Counted from the stretch's first letter, positions 1 through 9,766 are shown. The stretch is 32,000 nt of DNA from Opitutales bacterium (GCA_046881885.1 JBKSMP010000021.1:43046-75045), one strand, 5' to 3'. Notes: generated by a model from the letters alone, not told the origin. Translations and numbers: made by a program.

Positions 1-459
1 ATTTTGGAAGAGCTTTTTAATGGCCTTTCAAGTTCTTTTGTTGAGGAAGTACGCGAAAAACGTGGATTAGCTTATACCGTAGGAGCTACACGCTTGTTGG
101 GCCTAAAGAATGGCATGTTCTGCTTGTTTGCAGGTACACAAAAAGAGCAAGTTCATATTGTTGAAGAAGAAATGTTTAAAGGCATTCGACGTGTTTTAGA
201 ACGGAAACTGACCCAGGAAGAATTCAATTTGTGTAAAACCTGCTTAAAAGTTAATCGGCAATTACGTCTACAAACGATTGGTCGTAAAGCATTTGGTATT
301 GGTTATAACGCTTTATTGGGCCTATCTATCGAACATTGGCTTGCTTATGATCAACAAATAGATGCGATCTCTTTAGAGGCATTTTATGACCGTTGTGCAC
401 CTTATTTAAGAGAAAATTTAGCGAACACACTTTTATTAACCCCATCTTCTAACTCATGA
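1..459 (+). CDS. M16-family peptidase, C-terminal fragment (5' end lies outside the window)
   Basis: Frame is open to the window edge. 'FVEEVREKRGLAYTVGA' resembles the M16 C-terminal-domain signature. ATGA overlap with the next M16 gene. Confidence 0.6.
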   Translation: MLEELFNGLSSSFVEEVREKRGLAYTVGATRLLGLKNGMFCLFAGTQKEQVHIVEEEMFKGIRRVLERKLTQEEFNLCKTCLKVNRQLRLQTIGRKAFGIGYNALLGLSIEHWLAYDQQIDAISLEAFYDRCAPYLRENLANTLLLTPSSNS

Positions 460-3317
460 AAACAATTATCTATAGTTTATTCGTTTTATTCACTTGCGGA
501 AATTTGGTCCTAGGACGTCCTACACCTGCTCCTTCGAAGCAAACTGTTTCGGCAACCTCTCGTACTGCCAGAGATTTATTGCGCAAGTCCCTTAAGCAAG
601 ATTCACAAATAAAGCATGGTGTATTAAAGAATGGAATTCATTACTATTTCTTGCCGAAAAAAGGAGAACGTCTTAGTTTGCGGCTTATGGTAAATGCAGG
701 GGCAGCTATGGAAGAACCACACCACGACGGAATTGCCCATTTTATCGAACATATGACTTTTAATGGAACAACACATTTTAAGCCAGGAACCTTGATTCAA
801 TATTTCCAAAAAAATGGGATGGGCTTTGGTAATGATACCAACGCTTTTACAAGTTATTTGCATACCGTTTACCAAATTGATCTCCCGAATAATTTGGAAC
901 AAAACCTACGAGAAGGGCTAACAGTACTTTACGATCAAGGTTTTGGATGCCTATTTTTACCTCAAGAAATTGATCGTGAACGCGGCGTTATCTTATCCGA
1001 AATGAGGACTCGAGATAATGCAGCTTATCGTAGTTATAAAGCTTCTGCGCAATTTTTTTGTCCAGAAACGCTTTTAGCTAAGCGTTTTGTTATTGGCTTG
1101 GAATCTACTATTAATGCGTTTCAACAAAATGATTTTTTTGAGTTTTATAAGCGCTGGTATACAACCGATCGTATGCGTTTAATTGTCACGGGAGATGCGG
1201 ATTTCAAGTCGATAAAAAAGCTTGTAAACGAAGTTTTTGGTAAAGCTTCCAAGTCTAAGAAAGTACTAAAAGATCCTGATTTAGGTTATTTAAAGAAGCA
1301 AGCTTTCTCAGTTGGTGTCCACAAAGATACGGAATTACCCAATGTAACCTTGTTATTAAGGGCTCAAAAAACAGCTAAAAGAGACGTTAAAACTTTAGCT
1401 GATTTACGTAAAGATTGCGCTTGGAAATTAATTGAAACGATACTTCATCATCGCCTAGAAAGTTTAAAGAAAAAAACCAACTTACAAAATGCTTATTGTA
1501 CTTATGGTTCTGATTTAAATGTTCTGGAAGGTTGCGACTTAACCTTTTGTTGCACTAAAGATCATGTGTTTGCTTTAGTTAAAGAATTGGAAAAATTCAG
1601 CCGTCGCATTTCTACGTTTGGATTTTCACAATCGGAATTAGAAGATGCCAAACAAGCGTTCTGTGGTACCTTAAAAACCCATGCTGGAACCGAAGCTAAC
1701 GATACCGTAAAAGAAGCAGCAGATCGTTTGGTATACCAATTTATGGACTTAGGATTTGTTTTATCCTCACAACAGAAATTAGACTATTTTAATAAAATTG
1801 CTTTTACGATAACGCCCGACTACTGTTTAAGCCTATGGAAAGACTTGTGGGCTGAAAACCAAATTGCGTTGTTTGTAAGTGGGCCATTTGATGCAACTTT
1901 TGCCGAAAAAGATGTGTTAAATGTCTTTAAAAACAGTCAAAAAGAGGTTTTAAAGTTGGAAGAAGCTTATCAAGCTCATACCTTTCAATCACCATTTGTA
2001 AAAGATCGCAAAGTAACAATCATCGATCGATACGATCATCAAAATTTAGGGGTAGAATGTTTGCGATTAAGCAATAATCTTCGCATTAATCTAAAAAAGA
2101 CGGATTTTGAAAAGAATCGTATTTTGGTACATTTAGCAATCGGTAATGGACTTGTGGAATTAAAAGACTCACCTTATCCTGGTATACAGTATTTATTAAG
2201 TTCTTCCTTTATTTCTGGAGGCTTAAAGCAATGTGATCAACAAACCTTGAATCGCATTTTTGATGGTAAACTCATTTCGTTGGACTTCGATGTTGACGTT
2301 AATGGCTACTGTTTTAAAGCGCTTACCGATCGAGAAAATTTCCGTCAACAAATGGAGCTTATTGGAGCTTACATGGTAGAACCTGGTTATCGAGAAGAGG
2401 GGTTGTCGGAATTTAGAAAATGTCTGCCTACTTGGTATGAAAAGTTTGCAAAGACTCCAGAAGGCGTTTTTAAGGATAAAGTTACTCCGTTTTTAACTTT
2501 AAATGATCCACGGTTTACCTATCCTACTCAAACAGTTCTTTTAGAACGTACCTTTGAAGAAGCTCGTAAGCTTTTAGCTCCCGTATTTGCAAAACACTAT
2601 ATGGAATTAACCCTGGTCGGAGATTTTGATCGCAATGAAGTTATTGATGTTTTGACAGATACTTTGGGCCGATTAGATGATCGTGATGCACAAAAAAAGG
2701 AGCTTCCTGAAGATTGCAAGAAGTTAGCTTGGCCAGAAGCTCAAACGAAAGACTTTAGTTTTGATTCTGTTATCGACAAAGCCATTTCAGTTATTGTTTG
2801 GCCTACAGAATCGGTTTGGAATCAGGAACATACGCGTATTTTAACGATTTTAAAGTCTATACTACAAAATCGACTTATTTTTGAAATTCGGCAAGCATTA
2901 GGAGACACCTATTCTCCTAGAGTCGATCTCGTAACGAATGAGGTTTGGGAGAATCGTGGAAGTATGACCTCCTTGATTTATGTAGATCCTAAAAAGTTGG
3001 ATGATATTGCCGAGCGAACCTTAAAAATTGCGGAAGCAATTGCTAATGATGGTGTTTCACAGGATGAATTAGACCGTGCTATAAAACCTTATATCAATCA
3101 ATTAAAGCAGAAAATGGAAACCAATGTTTTCTGGCTTGAGCTTATTAAAAATATTCAGCAATATCCACAAAAAGACGCATGGATGAAGGATATTATTAAC
3201 CATTATGAAGCCATAAAAACAGATGATATACAACGTTTGGCTCGCCTTTATTTGAAACGTAATCGTGCGATTTGCATCCACATTCAACCTAAACCTTTAG
3301 ATAATGCTCAACCATGA
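456..3317 (+). CDS. M16 (pitrilysin/insulinase-like) zinc metallopeptidase, 953 aa, secreted
   Basis: N-terminal hydrophobic signal peptide. Inverted zinc motif HxxEH ('HFIEH', nt 738-752) followed by 'NGT'. Length is typical of four-domain pitrilysin-type enzymes. Confidence 0.85.
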   Translation: MKTIIYSLFVLFTCGNLVLGRPTPAPSKQTVSATSRTARDLLRKSLKQDSQIKHGVLKNGIHYYFLPKKGERLSLRLMVNAGAAMEEPHHDGIAHFIEHMTFNGTTHFKPGTLIQYFQKNGMGFGNDTNAFTSYLHTVYQIDLPNNLEQNLREGLTVLYDQGFGCLFLPQEIDRERGVILSEMRTRDNAAYRSYKASAQFFCPETLLAKRFVIGLESTINAFQQNDFFEFYKRWYTTDRMRLIVTGDADFKSIKKLVNEVFGKASKSKKVLKDPDLGYLKKQAFSVGVHKDTELPNVTLLLRAQKTAKRDVKTLADLRKDCAWKLIETILHHRLESLKKKTNLQNAYCTYGSDLNVLEGCDLTFCCTKDHVFALVKELEKFSRRISTFGFSQSELEDAKQAFCGTLKTHAGTEANDTVKEAADRLVYQFMDLGFVLSSQQKLDYFNKIAFTITPDYCLSLWKDLWAENQIALFVSGPFDATFAEKDVLNVFKNSQKEVLKLEEAYQAHTFQSPFVKDRKVTIIDRYDHQNLGVECLRLSNNLRINLKKTDFEKNRILVHLAIGNGLVELKDSPYPGIQYLLSSSFISGGLKQCDQQTLNRIFDGKLISLDFDVDVNGYCFKALTDRENFRQQMELIGAYMVEPGYREEGLSEFRKCLPTWYEKFAKTPEGVFKDKVTPFLTLNDPRFTYPTQTVLLERTFEEARKLLAPVFAKHYMELTLVGDFDRNEVIDVLTDTLGRLDDRDAQKKELPEDCKKLAWPEAQTKDFSFDSVIDKAISVIVWPTESVWNQEHTRILTILKSILQNRLIFEIRQALGDTYSPRVDLVTNEVWENRGSMTSLIYVDPKKLDDIAERTLKIAEAIANDGVSQDELDRAIKPYINQLKQKMETNVFWLELIKNIQQYPQKDAWMKDIINHYEAIKTDDIQRLARLYLKRNRAICIHIQPKPLDNAQP

Positions 3318-3769
3318 GAACGATCTATTTAGGTTCTGATCATGGCGGATTTGGGCTAAAAGCTGAACTTTTAAAGTATTTGTCCTCGTCCAATATTACA
3401 ATAAAGGATATAGGGACTTTTGATGCAAGTTCTTGTGATTATCCCGAAATTGCTCAGCATGTAGCTCAGGAAGTACAAAAAAATAAAGGTGCTTTGGGAC
3501 TTTTGATTTGTCGATCGGGTGTGGGTATGTGCATAGCAGCTAACAAATTTAAAGGGATTTATGCTGCTTGTTTATCAACATACGATTCCGTTGTAAAAGC
3601 CCGTCAACATAACGCTATTAATGTATTATGTTTGTCGGGAACCCTAGATCTTGTTTTGGCAAAAACACTTGTAAAGGCCTTTTTAACAACAGATTTGGAT
3701 AGAGACGTACGACACTGTAAACGACGTGAACAAATTTATGCAATTGAATCGAAAAATTTTGTTGCTTAA
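3314..3769 (+). CDS. rpiB: ribose-5-phosphate isomerase B (LacAB/RpiB family)
   Basis: 'IYLGSDHGGFGLK' and 'ICRSGVGMCIAANK' are RpiB hallmarks. 4-nt overlap with the upstream gene. Confidence 0.85.
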   Translation: MRTIYLGSDHGGFGLKAELLKYLSSSNITIKDIGTFDASSCDYPEIAQHVAQEVQKNKGALGLLICRSGVGMCIAANKFKGIYAACLSTYDSVVKARQHNAINVLCLSGTLDLVLAKTLVKAFLTTDLDRDVRHCKRREQIYAIESKNFVA

Positions 3770-3811
3770 ACGCTTAAGTGTATTACACTTTTACCAGTTT
3801 ATTGATTTATT

Positions 3812-4006
3812 ATGAAAAATATACTTAATAAAATTTTATTTGGAAGTTCATTATTCTTGAGTGCTTTGGCTTTTGCTGAAACTGAAGAAAACAAAGATGT
3901 AGAACCTGTTTCTGTGGTTTGCACTGGCGAAAACTGTCCAACTGAGCCGGTTTCACAAGAAGAAACTCCTGTTGAAGTTGAAGAACAACCAGCTGAAAAC
4001 AAGTAA
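3812..4006 (+). CDS. small secreted acidic protein (hypothetical)
   Basis: 64-aa ORF with a signal peptide ending 'ALAFA-ETEE', then a Glu/Pro/Val-rich tail. No recognisable domain. Confidence 0.4.
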   Translation: MKNILNKILFGSSLFLSALAFAETEENKDVEPVSVVCTGENCPTEPVSQEETPVEVEEQPAENK

Positions 4007-4042
4007 ACCAGTGGCATGTTAGTCGCATGCCTTTTTAATCCT

Positions 4043-4357
4043 ATGGAAATTTTAACCAAAGATACCTTTGAAGCTTTTACACAAAAGCCTTTTGCAATTG
4101 TTGATTTTTGGGCCCCTTGGTGTGGTCCTTGTCGGGCACTAATGCCTATTTTAGAGCGAATTTCAGAGCAAAAATCTGTTGCAATTGGCAAAATGAGCAT
4201 TGAAGATGAGGATGCACAAGAATGGGTACAACGTTATCAAGTACGTAGCATTCCTACATTGCTCTTTTTCAAAAAGGGTCAGTGTGTAGAAACTCATGTC
4301 GGCCTTTTGACAGAAGAGGCTTTGCTCACTAAAATTGCGAATTATGCAGAACAGTAG
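4043..4357 (+). CDS. trxA: thioredoxin
   Basis: 'DFWAPWCGPCRALMP' active site and 'RSIPTLLFFKKG' motif. ATG at 4043 is preferred over the longer ORF-track start at 4016. Confidence 0.85.
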   Translation: MEILTKDTFEAFTQKPFAIVDFWAPWCGPCRALMPILERISEQKSVAIGKMSIEDEDAQEWVQRYQVRSIPTLLFFKKGQCVETHVGLLTEEALLTKIANYAEQ

Positions 4358-4967
4358 AACCATCGAACTGTTTACGCGATATCCGCAATTAGAAGTTTGC
4401 CGTAATGCAATTGGTGATGTTTTTGCTATTTTATGCAAAACATTTGCGGGAAAAGGGAAGTTACTTATTGCCGGTAATGGTGGTAGTGCTTCAGACGCAG
4501 ACCATATTGCTGGAGAGTTATTGAAGGCCTTTAAAGGCCCACATACCCTTACGGAGCCTTCTTTACCTCAAGATTTGGCCCTTCACTTACAGCACGCATT
4601 ACCTGTCATTCCACTGCCTAATTTAAGCGGAATTTTAACGGCTTATAGCAACGATTGCGAGCCTGATTGGGCTTTTGCACAATTGGTTTGGGGATTGGGA
4701 CAAACCGGTGATTGTTTCTTAGCACTAAGTACTTCCGGAAATTCCAAAAACATTTTAAATGCCGCTAAAGTAGCTCGAGCAAAAGGAATGTCAGTCATTG
4801 GATTAACAGGACAAAATGGAGGTACATTAAAGTCGCTATGTGATTGCTGTATCTGTGTTCCAGAAGAAGAAACTTTTAAAATTCAAGAATTACATTTGCC
4901 CATTTATCACAACTTGTGTTTAGGTCTAGAGGAACATTTCTGGGGTAAAAAACCTGAAAATGCTTAA
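4344..4967 (+). CDS. gmhA: SIS-domain protein, phosphoheptose isomerase (GmhA/DiaA) family
   Basis: 'LLIAGNGGSASDADHIAGEL' and 'LALSTSGNSKNILNAAKVARAKG...GLTGQNGG' match GmhA-type SIS motifs. ATG at 4344; the track start at 4335 is a TTG. Confidence 0.7.
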   Translation: MQNSRTIELFTRYPQLEVCRNAIGDVFAILCKTFAGKGKLLIAGNGGSASDADHIAGELLKAFKGPHTLTEPSLPQDLALHLQHALPVIPLPNLSGILTAYSNDCEPDWAFAQLVWGLGQTGDCFLALSTSGNSKNILNAAKVARAKGMSVIGLTGQNGGTLKSLCDCCICVPEEETFKIQELHLPIYHNLCLGLEEHFWGKKPENA

Positions 4968-5643
4968 CGGCTTCCAACAAAATTTACCTGCACATGTTTT
5001 GGATTTTTGTAAGAAAATTCATGAAAATGGCGGAGAAGCTTGGATTGTTGGTGGTTGGGTACGTGATTGTTTTCTGAAAGAGAAATCGGTCTCGGATGTT
5101 GATATCGAGGTTTTTGGATTATCTTACGATGCATTAAAAATACTTTGTAAACCCATCTGTAAAACGGAATTTCCAAAATTTGGTATCTTCAAATGTGAAG
5201 GTATGGATCTTTCTTTGCCACGAATAGAATACTGCATTGGGAAACGTTATAATAGCTTCAAAACCATTTTGTTACCACATTTATCTTTTCGTAAAGCTGC
5301 ATTACGTAGAGATTTTACCATCAATACACTTGCTTGGAATCCGATAAGGTATGAATTACGCGACCCATTTCATGGAGTGAATGCCATAAAAACGAAACGA
5401 TTGTATCCTATCAGCAAACGTTTTACAGAAGATGCTTATCGTGTTTTGCGGGCAGCACAATTGATTGCACGATTTGGATTTGTTCCAACAAAACCATTGA
5501 TCTACTTGAGTTTAAAGATAAAATCTCCTATTTTGTCACAAGCCCACATAAAGCGTACGCTTGATTGCCTACATACCGCTCCTTATTCAAATACTGCCTG
5601 GCAATTCTTGGAACAAATTCATTGGGATAGGTTTTTAAGTTAA
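4960..5643 (+). CDS. class II tRNA nucleotidyltransferase/poly(A) polymerase family protein, unusually short (227 aa, head+neck only)
   Basis: 'GGEAWIVGGWVRDCFL...DVDIEV' and 'RRDFTINTLAW' catalytic head motifs, plus 'YRVLRAAQLIARFGF'. The ORF stops where the body/tail domains normally begin. Confidence 0.65.
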   Translation: MLNGFQQNLPAHVLDFCKKIHENGGEAWIVGGWVRDCFLKEKSVSDVDIEVFGLSYDALKILCKPICKTEFPKFGIFKCEGMDLSLPRIEYCIGKRYNSFKTILLPHLSFRKAALRRDFTINTLAWNPIRYELRDPFHGVNAIKTKRLYPISKRFTEDAYRVLRAAQLIARFGFVPTKPLIYLSLKIKSPILSQAHIKRTLDCLHTAPYSNTAWQFLEQIHWDRFLS

Positions 5644-5734
5644 CTGTACTAAGTACTACATTAAGATGAAAATATCCATAAATACAGTTGTAATACAACT
5701 TAACGCATTTCTCTACTCAAATTTCTTAGGGATT

Positions 5735-7342
5735 TTATTCCAAATAAATACAATCGTAAGGGTGCCAATCGAGCAAATTGGTATGCCAATTTTGAACAGA
5801 AGGATGCACCAAATGCGACGTAGCGCTTGAATGAAGTGGCAACAAAGGAACTTCATCCAAAATAAGAGCTTCTGCTTTCTGTAAAGTATGCATACGTTCT
5901 GAAACATCGTTCATGTTTGCGGCAGTATCTAACAAATGATCAAATACGTCGTTATGCCAATACGTGTAGTTGTTATAACTATTACTACGCCATAAATCGA
6001 GAAAGGTCGTTGGATCATTATAATCGCCAACCCAGCCACCACGTGCAATTTCGAAATTTTTCTCACGACGTCGATTTAAATATACTTTCCATTCCAAATT
6101 GATCGTTTCCACATCGATATTAAGTTCTTTTTTCCACATTTCTTGAATTGCAGAAGCAAGATACATTTGTCCTTCAGTTGTGTTAAAAATGAGCGATAAT
6201 TTAGGGAAATTTTGACCATTCGGATAACCCGCTTCCGCTAATAACTTTCGAGCAAGATCTGCATCTTCTTCAATAGGATTAATACAGTGAAAACCACAAC
6301 AACCTTCAGGAACCAACTGAAAAGCCGAACGATGTTTAATACAAAAAAGGTCATTCCCCATTAAAGCATCGCGATGCAATGCCAGATTAAGTGCTTTACG
6401 AACACGGACATCGTCCAATGGTTTTATTTTTGTATTAAAGATATAATAAAACGTTCCAAGATAAGGATGGATTTTTAACTGTTCATCTTTTTTCTGGTAA
6501 TATTCCTTTATTTTAGAATAAGGAACATTTTCCGTAATATGCAATTGTCCACGCCTAAAAGCACGCTCCTCAGTAGCATGATCACTAATCGGCTTGAAAA
6601 CAATACCATTAAGCTTTACGCATGATTCGTTCCAATACAATTTATTTTTAGCAAGCTCAATTTTTTCACCCACTTTCCAGTGTTTAAGCACAAAAGGCCC
6701 ATTACCAACAAAATCTTGTACACGCGTCCAAGTAGGATCTCGTGTAAATTCTCCATTACAACGTTTTAGCGTCTCACGATGAACCGGATAAGCTGCAGCT
6801 TGCATCAAGAGGGAAAGAAAGTAAGCCGTTGGACTTTCCAAAGTAAATTCTAAGGTTAAAGCATCAAGTACTTTAATACCAACCTTGTCAAATGAGAGTT
6901 CATTGTTATAAAACTGTTTCGCATTTTTAATCACAAAAAAAGAAGTAGCTCCGGAAGCGCCAACAGCAGGTGTAAGCAAACGCTGAAATGAAAACAAAAA
7001 GTCTTCTGCTTCTATTTTATCGCCATTACTCCAAGTAGCATTTGGCCGCAAATAAAATGTATAACGTAAACCATCTGTACTTACTGTCCATCGCTCTGCC
7101 ACACCTGGTTCTGGTTCCAAAGTCTTTGGATGTGGCTTAACTAAACCTTCAAAAAGAGACCTAAGTACATTTTGTTCGGTAACTCCTGAAATACAATGTG
7201 GATCTAGGCCTTCTGGATCAGGGCCTATACCAACAAGCAGGATACCATCACGATAAGCACGTTGAACTTCTGTTTCTTTTTTAGAGCATCCCAAAAGTCC
7301 CAAAAGACTTACGAGAACAATGTAAACCAATTTAATTTGCAT
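5735..7342 (-). CDS. ABC transporter substrate-binding lipoprotein, family 5 (OppA/DppA-like)
   Basis: Lipobox 'LLGLLGC'. 535 aa with typical family-5 SBP stretches ('GLDPH', 'PYDCIYL' at the C-terminus). Confidence 0.85.
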   Translation of the reverse strand: MQIKLVYIVLVSLLGLLGCSKKETEVQRAYRDGILLVGIGPDPEGLDPHCISGVTEQNVLRSLFEGLVKPHPKTLEPEPGVAERWTVSTDGLRYTFYLRPNATWSNGDKIEAEDFLFSFQRLLTPAVGASGATSFFVIKNAKQFYNNELSFDKVGIKVLDALTLEFTLESPTAYFLSLLMQAAAYPVHRETLKRCNGEFTRDPTWTRVQDFVGNGPFVLKHWKVGEKIELAKNKLYWNESCVKLNGIVFKPISDHATEERAFRRGQLHITENVPYSKIKEYYQKKDEQLKIHPYLGTFYYIFNTKIKPLDDVRVRKALNLALHRDALMGNDLFCIKHRSAFQLVPEGCCGFHCINPIEEDADLARKLLAEAGYPNGQNFPKLSLIFNTTEGQMYLASAIQEMWKKELNIDVETINLEWKVYLNRRREKNFEIARGGWVGDYNDPTTFLDLWRSNSYNNYTYWHNDVFDHLLDTAANMNDVSERMHTLQKAEALILDEVPLLPLHSSATSHLVHPSVQNWHTNLLDWHPYDCIYLE

Positions 7343-8812
7343 CTAGTTTCAATAGTTTTACAGCTGCCAATACACGCTCTTTAACTTCATGAAAATTTCC
7401 TTTGGCGTCAATGGTTACAAAAGGCATCTTGCCTTTTAAGCTTTGTAATGCTGTGAAAGTTTCTTGCATAAAAATTTGATAACGTTGACGAGCGATTTCT
7501 GGATCTAAGTCAGTTTGACGAACCTCTTGCAAAACACCTTGGCCCGACTTGAGAATACGTTCATTATGTTCTTTAGCGCGTTCTCCACGATACAATTGAC
7601 GACGAACACTTTCATCCTCATCCAAAGTTAACACAATGACAGAAAACAAAGGATGGTAACCTTTTTCCTTCAAAGCACGATAAAGTCGATAAATACTATA
7701 AACTTGCTCTTGGGTCCTTGGAAATCCATCAACGACAACACCATCTTTATAAATAGGATCTTGCAAAGCATTGAATACAGAAGAAATGACAGTAGCATCA
7801 TCCAAAAGCACTCCACGATTAATTTTCTCACGCATCTCTGGAGTATTGAACAAACTACTTGCAATTAATGGATTGGGACATAAATGTCCATATTCAATAA
7901 TATAACGCTCATTTGTACCTTTTCCTGCGCCTGGTGCTCCACTTAACCAAACAATCTTATTGGGAATGCTTTCCAAGCTAATGGAATCTATTAAAAGAGA
8001 TTGTTCGGAATTCTCTGAAATACAATGCGGATCTAGACTTTCTGAATCAGCGCCCGTACCTATAAAAAGGATACCATCACGATGAACCTCTTGAATTTTC
8101 GCTGCTTTTTTGGAGCATCCCAAAAGTCCCAAAAAGCTTACAAGCACAATATAAACAAGTTTATTTTTCATTTTTCGTCTAATTTCAATAATTTTACAGC
8201 TGCCAATACACGCTCTTTAACTTCACGCAAACTTCCATTACTATCAATGGTTATAAAGGGCATCTTACCTTTTAAACTTTGCAATGCAACAAACGTCTCT
8301 TGCATAAAAATTTGATAACGTTGACGAGCAATTTCTGGATCTAAATCCGTTGGTCGCACCTCTTTCAAAACCCCTTGTCCGGTCTTACGTATACGTGCAT
8401 TATATTCTTTAGCACGTTCTCCACGATACAATTGACGACGGACACTTTCTTCCTCATCTAAAGTCAAAACAATCACAGAAAACAAGGGATTGTAACTTTT
8501 TTCCTGCATTGCACGATAAAGCCAATAAATGCTATAAGCTTGCCCTTGAGTCCTTGGAAATCCATCAACCACTAATCCATCCTCATAAATTGGATCTTGC
8601 AAGCCACTAAATACAGAAGAAATAACGGTAGCATCATCTAGAAGCAGCCCACGATTAATTTTTTCACGCATCTCTGGACTATTGAGCAAACTACTTGCGA
8701 TCAAAGGACTCGGATATAAATGTCCATACTCAATGATATAACGCTCGTTAGTACCTTTCCCTGCACCCGGTGCTCCGCTTAACCAAACTATCTTATTGGG
8801 AATGCTTTCCAA
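7151..8812. repeat. two-copy tandem direct repeat, unit ~825 bp (copy L 7151-7976, copy R ~7992-8812)
   Basis: Hand alignment. The 5' ~190 nt of the OppA-like gene and the 3' ~640 nt of the kinase gene each occur twice in the same order at roughly 80-85% identity. A 15-nt junction filler lies at 7977-7991. Confidence 0.8.
7332..8171 (-). CDS. chimeric lipoprotein-signal::adenylate-kinase-family protein
   Basis: Intact 279-aa ORF. Residues 1 to ~60 parallel the OppA-like N-terminus (MKNKLVYIVLVSFLGLLGCSKK vs MQIKLVYIVLVSLLGLLGCSKK; both then have RDGIL..G.G.D.E.LDPHCIS). Residues 66-279 are ~85% identical to 8168-8869. P-loop GAPGAGKG and DGFPRT are retained. Confidence 0.75.
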   Translation of the reverse strand: MKNKLVYIVLVSFLGLLGCSKKAAKIQEVHRDGILFIGTGADSESLDPHCISENSEQSLLIDSISLESIPNKIVWLSGAPGAGKGTNERYIIEYGHLCPNPLIASSLFNTPEMREKINRGVLLDDATVISSVFNALQDPIYKDGVVVDGFPRTQEQVYSIYRLYRALKEKGYHPLFSVIVLTLDEDESVRRQLYRGERAKEHNERILKSGQGVLQEVRQTDLDPEIARQRYQIFMQETFTALQSLKGKMPFVTIDAKGNFHEVKERVLAAVKLLKLDAN

Positions 8813-8869
8813 CAAATGACCATCCGTGTCTAATTTTTTTAAAAAAGAGTCTAACTGTTGTGCTTCCAT
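8168..8869 (-). CDS. adenylate kinase / NMP kinase family protein
   Basis: P-loop 'LSGAPGAGKGT', 'VVDGFPRTQGQ', and a late 'R.TDLDPE...R..Y' segment in adenylate-kinase order. ATGA overlap with the downstream chimeric gene. Confidence 0.75.
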   Translation of the reverse strand: MEAQQLDSFLKKLDTDGHLLESIPNKIVWLSGAPGAGKGTNERYIIEYGHLYPSPLIASSLLNSPEMREKINRGLLLDDATVISSVFSGLQDPIYEDGLVVDGFPRTQGQAYSIYWLYRAMQEKSYNPLFSVIVLTLDEEESVRRQLYRGERAKEYNARIRKTGQGVLKEVRPTDLDPEIARQRYQIFMQETFVALQSLKGKMPFITIDSNGSLREVKERVLAAVKLLKLDEK

Positions 8870-8941
8870 AAATCTTTCCTTTCCAAACTAATACATCTAA
8901 TACAATAAAACGGCACTTTTCTAGAAAAAAATAGGAATTTT

Positions 8942-9766
8942 TTATAAAAAATAATTTCTTTGACGTTCCGAAATTGGCATTTGCAAAAATTCCATTACCT
9001 TCAACATATCTTCCCAAACAATACGTTTTGAAGCATTTGTAGCGTTTCGAAGCAGATAAGATGGATGATAAGTAATCATCAAAGGAACACCATTGAATTC
9101 AAACCAATTACCACGACAATCCCGCATACGTCTTTGAGAATCATGTCCAAGTAAGCCACTAACAGCCGTTGCGCCTAAAGCCACAATAACTTTAGGTTTT
9201 ACAATATTCAATTGCCCTTTCAAATATGGCAAGCAAAACTGCATTTCCTCTTGTGTCGGCGGACGATTTCCAATGTGATTCGGCGTTTCTGGCCGCCAAT
9301 TCATAATGTTTCCAATATAAACATCAGAACGTTTCAGCCCCATTGCTTCAATGATTTTTGTAAGCAACTGCCCTGCTCTTCCGACAAATACCTCACCTTG
9401 CTCTTCTTCGTCCGCTCCAGGCGCTTCTCCACAAAAAAAGATATCTGCATCCAAATTTCCACTGCCAAACACAAGCTTTTTGCCTGGATACAAATGCTTC
9501 AAACAATGCGGACAGGTTAAAACACGCTGCTTAAGCCACTTCCATTGTTCTTCTTTTGTCCCTTCGGGTAAAGTAAAAGCTTCAGGTTGTTCCATTTTAC
9601 TTTCGACTTGCATGACTTCAATTCCTTCCACTTCATGATCTTCCTCTATGTGCGAGGCTTGCAAATACTGCTTTAAAACGTCCGGATTGAGTGGAAAATG
9701 GACCTCTCCTAAAGCTTTTTGTGCTTTCAAAATCGTCTTTAACAAATCCTGTATGGGATCCGTCAT
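8942..9766 (-). CDS. uracil-DNA glycosylase, family 4, with ~100-aa N-terminal extension
   Basis: 'FFCGEAPGADEEEQGEVFVGRAGQLL' and C-terminal 'YHPSYLLRN' are family-4 UDG motifs. 4-nt overlap with fabV. Confidence 0.8.
   Translation of the reverse strand: MTDPIQDLLKTILKAQKALGEVHFPLNPDVLKQYLQASHIEEDHEVEGIEVMQVESKMEQPEAFTLPEGTKEEQWKWLKQRVLTCPHCLKHLYPGKKLVFGSGNLDADIFFCGEAPGADEEEQGEVFVGRAGQLLTKIIEAMGLKRSDVYIGNIMNWRPETPNHIGNRPPTQEEMQFCLPYLKGQLNIVKPKVIVALGATAVSGLLGHDSQRRMRDCRGNWFEFNGVPLMITYHPSYLLRNATNASKRIVWEDMLKVMEFLQMPISERQRNYFL

Noticed and set aside
3799-4200. 133-aa minus-strand ORF, and similar antisense ORFs (624-902, 3102-3287, 9212-9638, 17461-17724, 28064-28498 and others)
   Set aside because: They lie fully antisense to well-supported genes, have low-complexity or odd composition and no motifs. 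These are shadow ORFs.
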